DNA from: Oscillospiraceae bacterium
GTDB taxonomy: Bacteria > Bacillota > Clostridia > Oscillospirales > Oscillospiraceae
Direction: 5' to 3'
NCBI GenBank assembly: GCA_017527825.1
Contig: JAFXPO010000016.1
Span: 151,568-183,567 of the forward strand
Length of the DNA stretch: 32,000 nt
Position numbers and translations under genes: made by a program. The notes beneath the pieces were generated by a model. The model did no database searches. It had not been told where the DNA came from and saw nothing but the letters and a program-made list of their open reading frames with translations. Shown in pieces: positions 29,494-32,000 of the stretch. Positions within the stretch are counted from its first letter, which is position 1. Each line of letters opens with the position of its first letter.

Positions 29494-30378
29494 TTAATAC
29501 TCAAAATCAATTTCCGCGCTCAGCGGTTTTTCCAGCTCCTCCGGGTGCTCAAGCAGGTACTTGAGCAGGCGGACGCTCTTGGAGTAGTAATACCCGTCGG
29601 CAATGCGCTCGTCGACGGTGAGACCGATGTCCAGCGACTCGTACATCTTCACAAGCCCGTGCTCATCGTACAGCGGCGACCACTTCTTCTCCCCGATGAC
29701 CACAAACAGCGAGGTCGTGCCCCAGGTGGAGAGGTGGTGATAGCCGCACTTGAGCTTGATGGAGCCGAGGTTGGTGATGAAGACGCTGGCGTAATTGGCG
29801 TCGTTGGCGATCAGGCTCTGCGGCACCCAGCCGTGCTTGTCCATCCACATGAGGAAGTGGACGATCGTTTTGCTCAGCCAGCGGGGCAGGCGGTTGAAGA
29901 GGTCCATCGCGTCGCCGGTGGAATCGTGCTTGCCGCCGCGGTAGCCCGTGACCTGATCGCGGATCTCGTCGTGGATGGTGTCGATGGTTGCGTCCGGCTT
30001 GCCGTGGATGAAGGCAAGCCCCTCCTCGGCGTGATCTTCGAACTTCTTTTTCATGGTAAAACCGGCGGTGATCTCATGACGCTGGTAGTAATTCTCATTC
30101 TTGTAAAATCGGTTGAGCTTCGGGCGCAGCGTGATGGTCTTGAGCAGCCCCGTCAGGATCACATGGAAGAACGTGTACTTGAAGTCGATGCCCTCCACAT
30201 TCTTCTTTGCCAGGTATTCCTTGATGGCGGTCAGATCGATGCGTTCGGAGATGTACGCCTCGTTGTCGGGACGGTTGGGGTAGACCACGCCCATGATAAA
30301 GTGCATCGAGTCCGCGTCGCGCAGCAGCGTCGCATCCCTGCGATCTCCCCAGTGTTTTGCCGGCGTAGTTTCAGCCAT
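29494..30378 (-). CDS. 2-oxoacid dehydrogenase E2 / CAT-fold acyltransferase-like protein
   Basis: Tracked ORF 29494..30411, trimmed to the ATG at 30376-30378 (GAGGAAAG Shine-Dalgarno upstream). The C-terminal LTVDERIADGYY aligns with the E2 DHRxxDG motif, with Glu in the His position. Confidence 0.55.
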   Translation of the reverse strand: MAETTPAKHWGDRRDATLLRDADSMHFIMGVVYPNRPDNEAYISERIDLTAIKEYLAKKNVEGIDFKYTFFHVILTGLLKTITLRPKLNRFYKNENYYQRHEITAGFTMKKKFEDHAEEGLAFIHGKPDATIDTIHDEIRDQVTGYRGGKHDSTGDAMDLFNRLPRWLSKTIVHFLMWMDKHGWVPQSLIANDANYASVFITNLGSIKLKCGYHHLSTWGTTSLFVVIGEKKWSPLYDEHGLVKMYESLDIGLTVDERIADGYYYSKSVRLLKYLLEHPEELEKPLSAEIDFEY

Positions 30379-30413
30379 GTTGCTTTCCTCTTTCCTGTTG
30401 TTTCTTTTCATCT

Positions 30414-31142
30414 TTATGGGACAAAGCCCTCGAATATCACCTGCGCGCCCTCAGCCTCAGCAGCCTCCATGTCGGCGCGGGAGCGGACCGTCCAGTAGAA
30501 CACCGCCGCGCTGTGCGTCCGCTTGACGCGGCGCAGGCTCGGACAGTCCCGATCCTCGTAGCGGAACGCCACAAAGTTGGGCTTGGTGAAGCGGTTGAAC
30601 GCCATGTGTGTCAGCAGCCGGTCCGCCTTGTCGCCCATGCCGGAATGCTCACCGTGGATGAAGTCCATGGAGAGCTGCCCGCGGATGATCTCCGGGCGGT
30701 TCTTCCGCAGCCACAGCAGGCACCGCGGGTCAAAGGACTCCATGACGTAGGGCACGCCGTATCGGTCCAACTCCTCCACCGTCCGGGCGGCGAGGGTGGC
30801 ATAGTTGCTCTTGTTGCTTTTCAGCTCCACCACCAGCGGCAGCCTGGCGCGGTCGAACAGCGAGAGCACCTCAAAGAGCTGCGGGATGGTCTCCTCCGTG
30901 CCGCCGAGCCGATACCCGGCAAGCTGCGCCGCGGTCAGCTCCTCGATCACGCCGTCGCGTCCGGTCATGCGCTTCAAATCGGAGTCGTGGAACACCGCCA
31001 GCGAATGGTCCGCGAGCAGGTGCACGTCCAGCTCCGCGCCGAGACCGTGCTCGACGGCGCGGCGAAACGCGGGGAGCGAGTTTTCGGGGACGCCCTGCGA
31101 AAGGTCGTGCAGCCCCCGGTGCGCGTAACGAAACTGTTTCAA
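30414..31142 (-). CDS. Glycerophosphodiester phosphodiesterase (GDPD family)
   Basis: Tracked ORF 30414..31193. I prefer the TTG at 31140-31142, which lies 8 nt after AAAGAGG and avoids overlap with the MFS gene. AHRG...ENSLPAF...ELDVHL...VFHD are GDPD motifs. Confidence 0.75.
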   Translation of the reverse strand: MKQFRYAHRGLHDLSQGVPENSLPAFRRAVEHGLGAELDVHLLADHSLAVFHDSDLKRMTGRDGVIEELTAAQLAGYRLGGTEETIPQLFEVLSLFDRARLPLVVELKSNKSNYATLAARTVEELDRYGVPYVMESFDPRCLLWLRKNRPEIIRGQLSMDFIHGEHSGMGDKADRLLTHMAFNRFTKPNFVAFRYEDRDCPSLRRVKRTHSAAVFYWTVRSRADMEAAEAEGAQVIFEGFVP

Positions 31143-31161
31143 AAAAGTCGCCTCTTTGTCT

Positions 31162-32000
31162 TTAGTCGTCGCCCATATCCTCGAACGCGTCAAGCCCGCG
31201 TTTCGCCTCCACCTTCGCGTCGCCGTGCCTGACGAACAGCATCGTCACGAAGCTCAGCGCCACGAACAGCGCCGCGTAGGGGAACAGCACCTTATAGCTG
31301 ATCTGCCGCATGAGCGTGCCGGCAAAGATGGGCGTCACCACCTGCGCCGCCATGGACGCGGTGTAGTAGTAGCCGGTGAACTTGCCGATGTCGCTGCCGC
31401 GGCACATCTCCACCACCATGGGAAGCGAGTTGACGTTGATCGCCGCCCACGCGAAGCCCACCAGCGCGAACACGAGGAACATGACCGCGTTGATCGACGA
31501 ATACGCCGTGGTCAGCACATAGCCAAGGAAGAAGCAGACCGAGAGCAGCACGCAGCCGCCCAGGATGGTCTTTTTGCGCCCGATTCTCGACGCGAGAACA
31601 CCGATGGGGATGTAAGAGAGGATCGCGCCGCCGGTGGCGATGAGCAGGCAGGTGGACGCGCCGCCAAGCCCCTGCCCCATGACGACGTCGACGTAAGTGG
31701 TGAACCACGTCGTCACGCCGTTGTAGCCGATGAACCACAGCGCGATGGACGCGAGCAGGAAGCCTAAGCTGCGCTTGACCTCCGCGGGTAGGACTTCGTT
31801 GCCGCTGCCGTCGTCGGTGGCGAGGTTCCATTCGGGGTGCTCCGCCTCCAGCGCCTTGTTCGCCTCCACGAGTTTCGGCTCCCTGACGGTGAGGAACAAC
31901 ACCGCCACCGACACGAACATGATGGCGGAGACGATGATGAACAGCGGCTGATAGTTGACGTGGGCGAGCCCCTGCACCTTGGCGTTGGGGTACAGCACCG
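31162..32000 (-). CDS. MFS-type transporter, C-terminal part (gene continues beyond the window end)
   Basis: Tracked ORF 31162..31998, polytopic, with RIGRKK between helices. It has no start codon inside the window. Confidence 0.7.
   Translation of the reverse strand, partial: VLYPNAKVQGLAHVNYQPLFIIVSAIMFVSVAVLFLTVREPKLVEANKALEAEHPEWNLATDDGSGNEVLPAEVKRSLGFLLASIALWFIGYNGVTTWFTTYVDVVMGQGLGGASTCLLIATGGAILSYIPIGVLASRIGRKKTILGGCVLLSVCFFLGYVLTTAYSSINAVMFLVFALVGFAWAAINVNSLPMVVEMCRGSDIGKFTGYYYTASMAAQVVTPIFAGTLMRQISYKVLFPYAALFVALSFVTMLFVRHGDAKVEAKRGLDAFEDMGDD

Overview
GC-rich bacterial chromosome segment. Strong GGAGG-type Shine-Dalgarno sites and sigma-A-like promoters suggest a high-GC Clostridia-type Firmicute, but that is inference. 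All functional calls come from reading motifs by eye, and no database search was run.

Layout:
- 1-1344: the 5-prime (N-terminal) end of a CoA-transferase gene, which runs off the window, and an MscS-family channel gene.
- 1.44-2.47 kb: an AT-rich islet with a chimeric, possibly frameshifted small gene and a small membrane ORF.
- 2.47-17.9 kb: a compact phage-derived cluster, almost entirely on the minus strand. In transcription order it encodes TerS, TerL, a 714-aa HExxH protein, an opposite-strand membrane moron, portal, scaffold, major capsid, an adaptor-like protein, a 620-aa tail hub, a fibre, a BspA-type LRR protein, a membrane coiled-coil protein, a holin, a CHAP endolysin and a 312-aa coiled-coil protein. 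One strong promoter drives it, placed back-to-back with the promoter of an XRE-HTH/S24 (CI/LexA-like) repressor gene.
- 18-26.4 kb: housekeeping genes (HAD phosphatase, uridine phosphorylase, MBOAT plus DHHW-like pair, aspartate racemase, thyA, folA, recG).
- 26.5-32 kb: a minus-strand operon of MFS transporter, GDPD, E2-like acyltransferase, acyl-AMP ligase and a galactokinase-like GHMP kinase.

The phage-derived cluster has no recognisable integrase, excisionase, replication, tail-tube or tape-measure genes. It therefore looks like a podovirus-type defective prophage or a GTA/PBSX-like domesticated particle.

Most interesting observations:
- the replication-less particle cluster and its SOS-type switch;
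- a C-terminal peptide shared by the scaffold and the 714-aa protein;
- a Shine-Dalgarno-preceded +1-frame ORF with inverted codon third-position GC (GC3) inside the 714-aa gene;
- AT-rich morons inside and beside the cluster.
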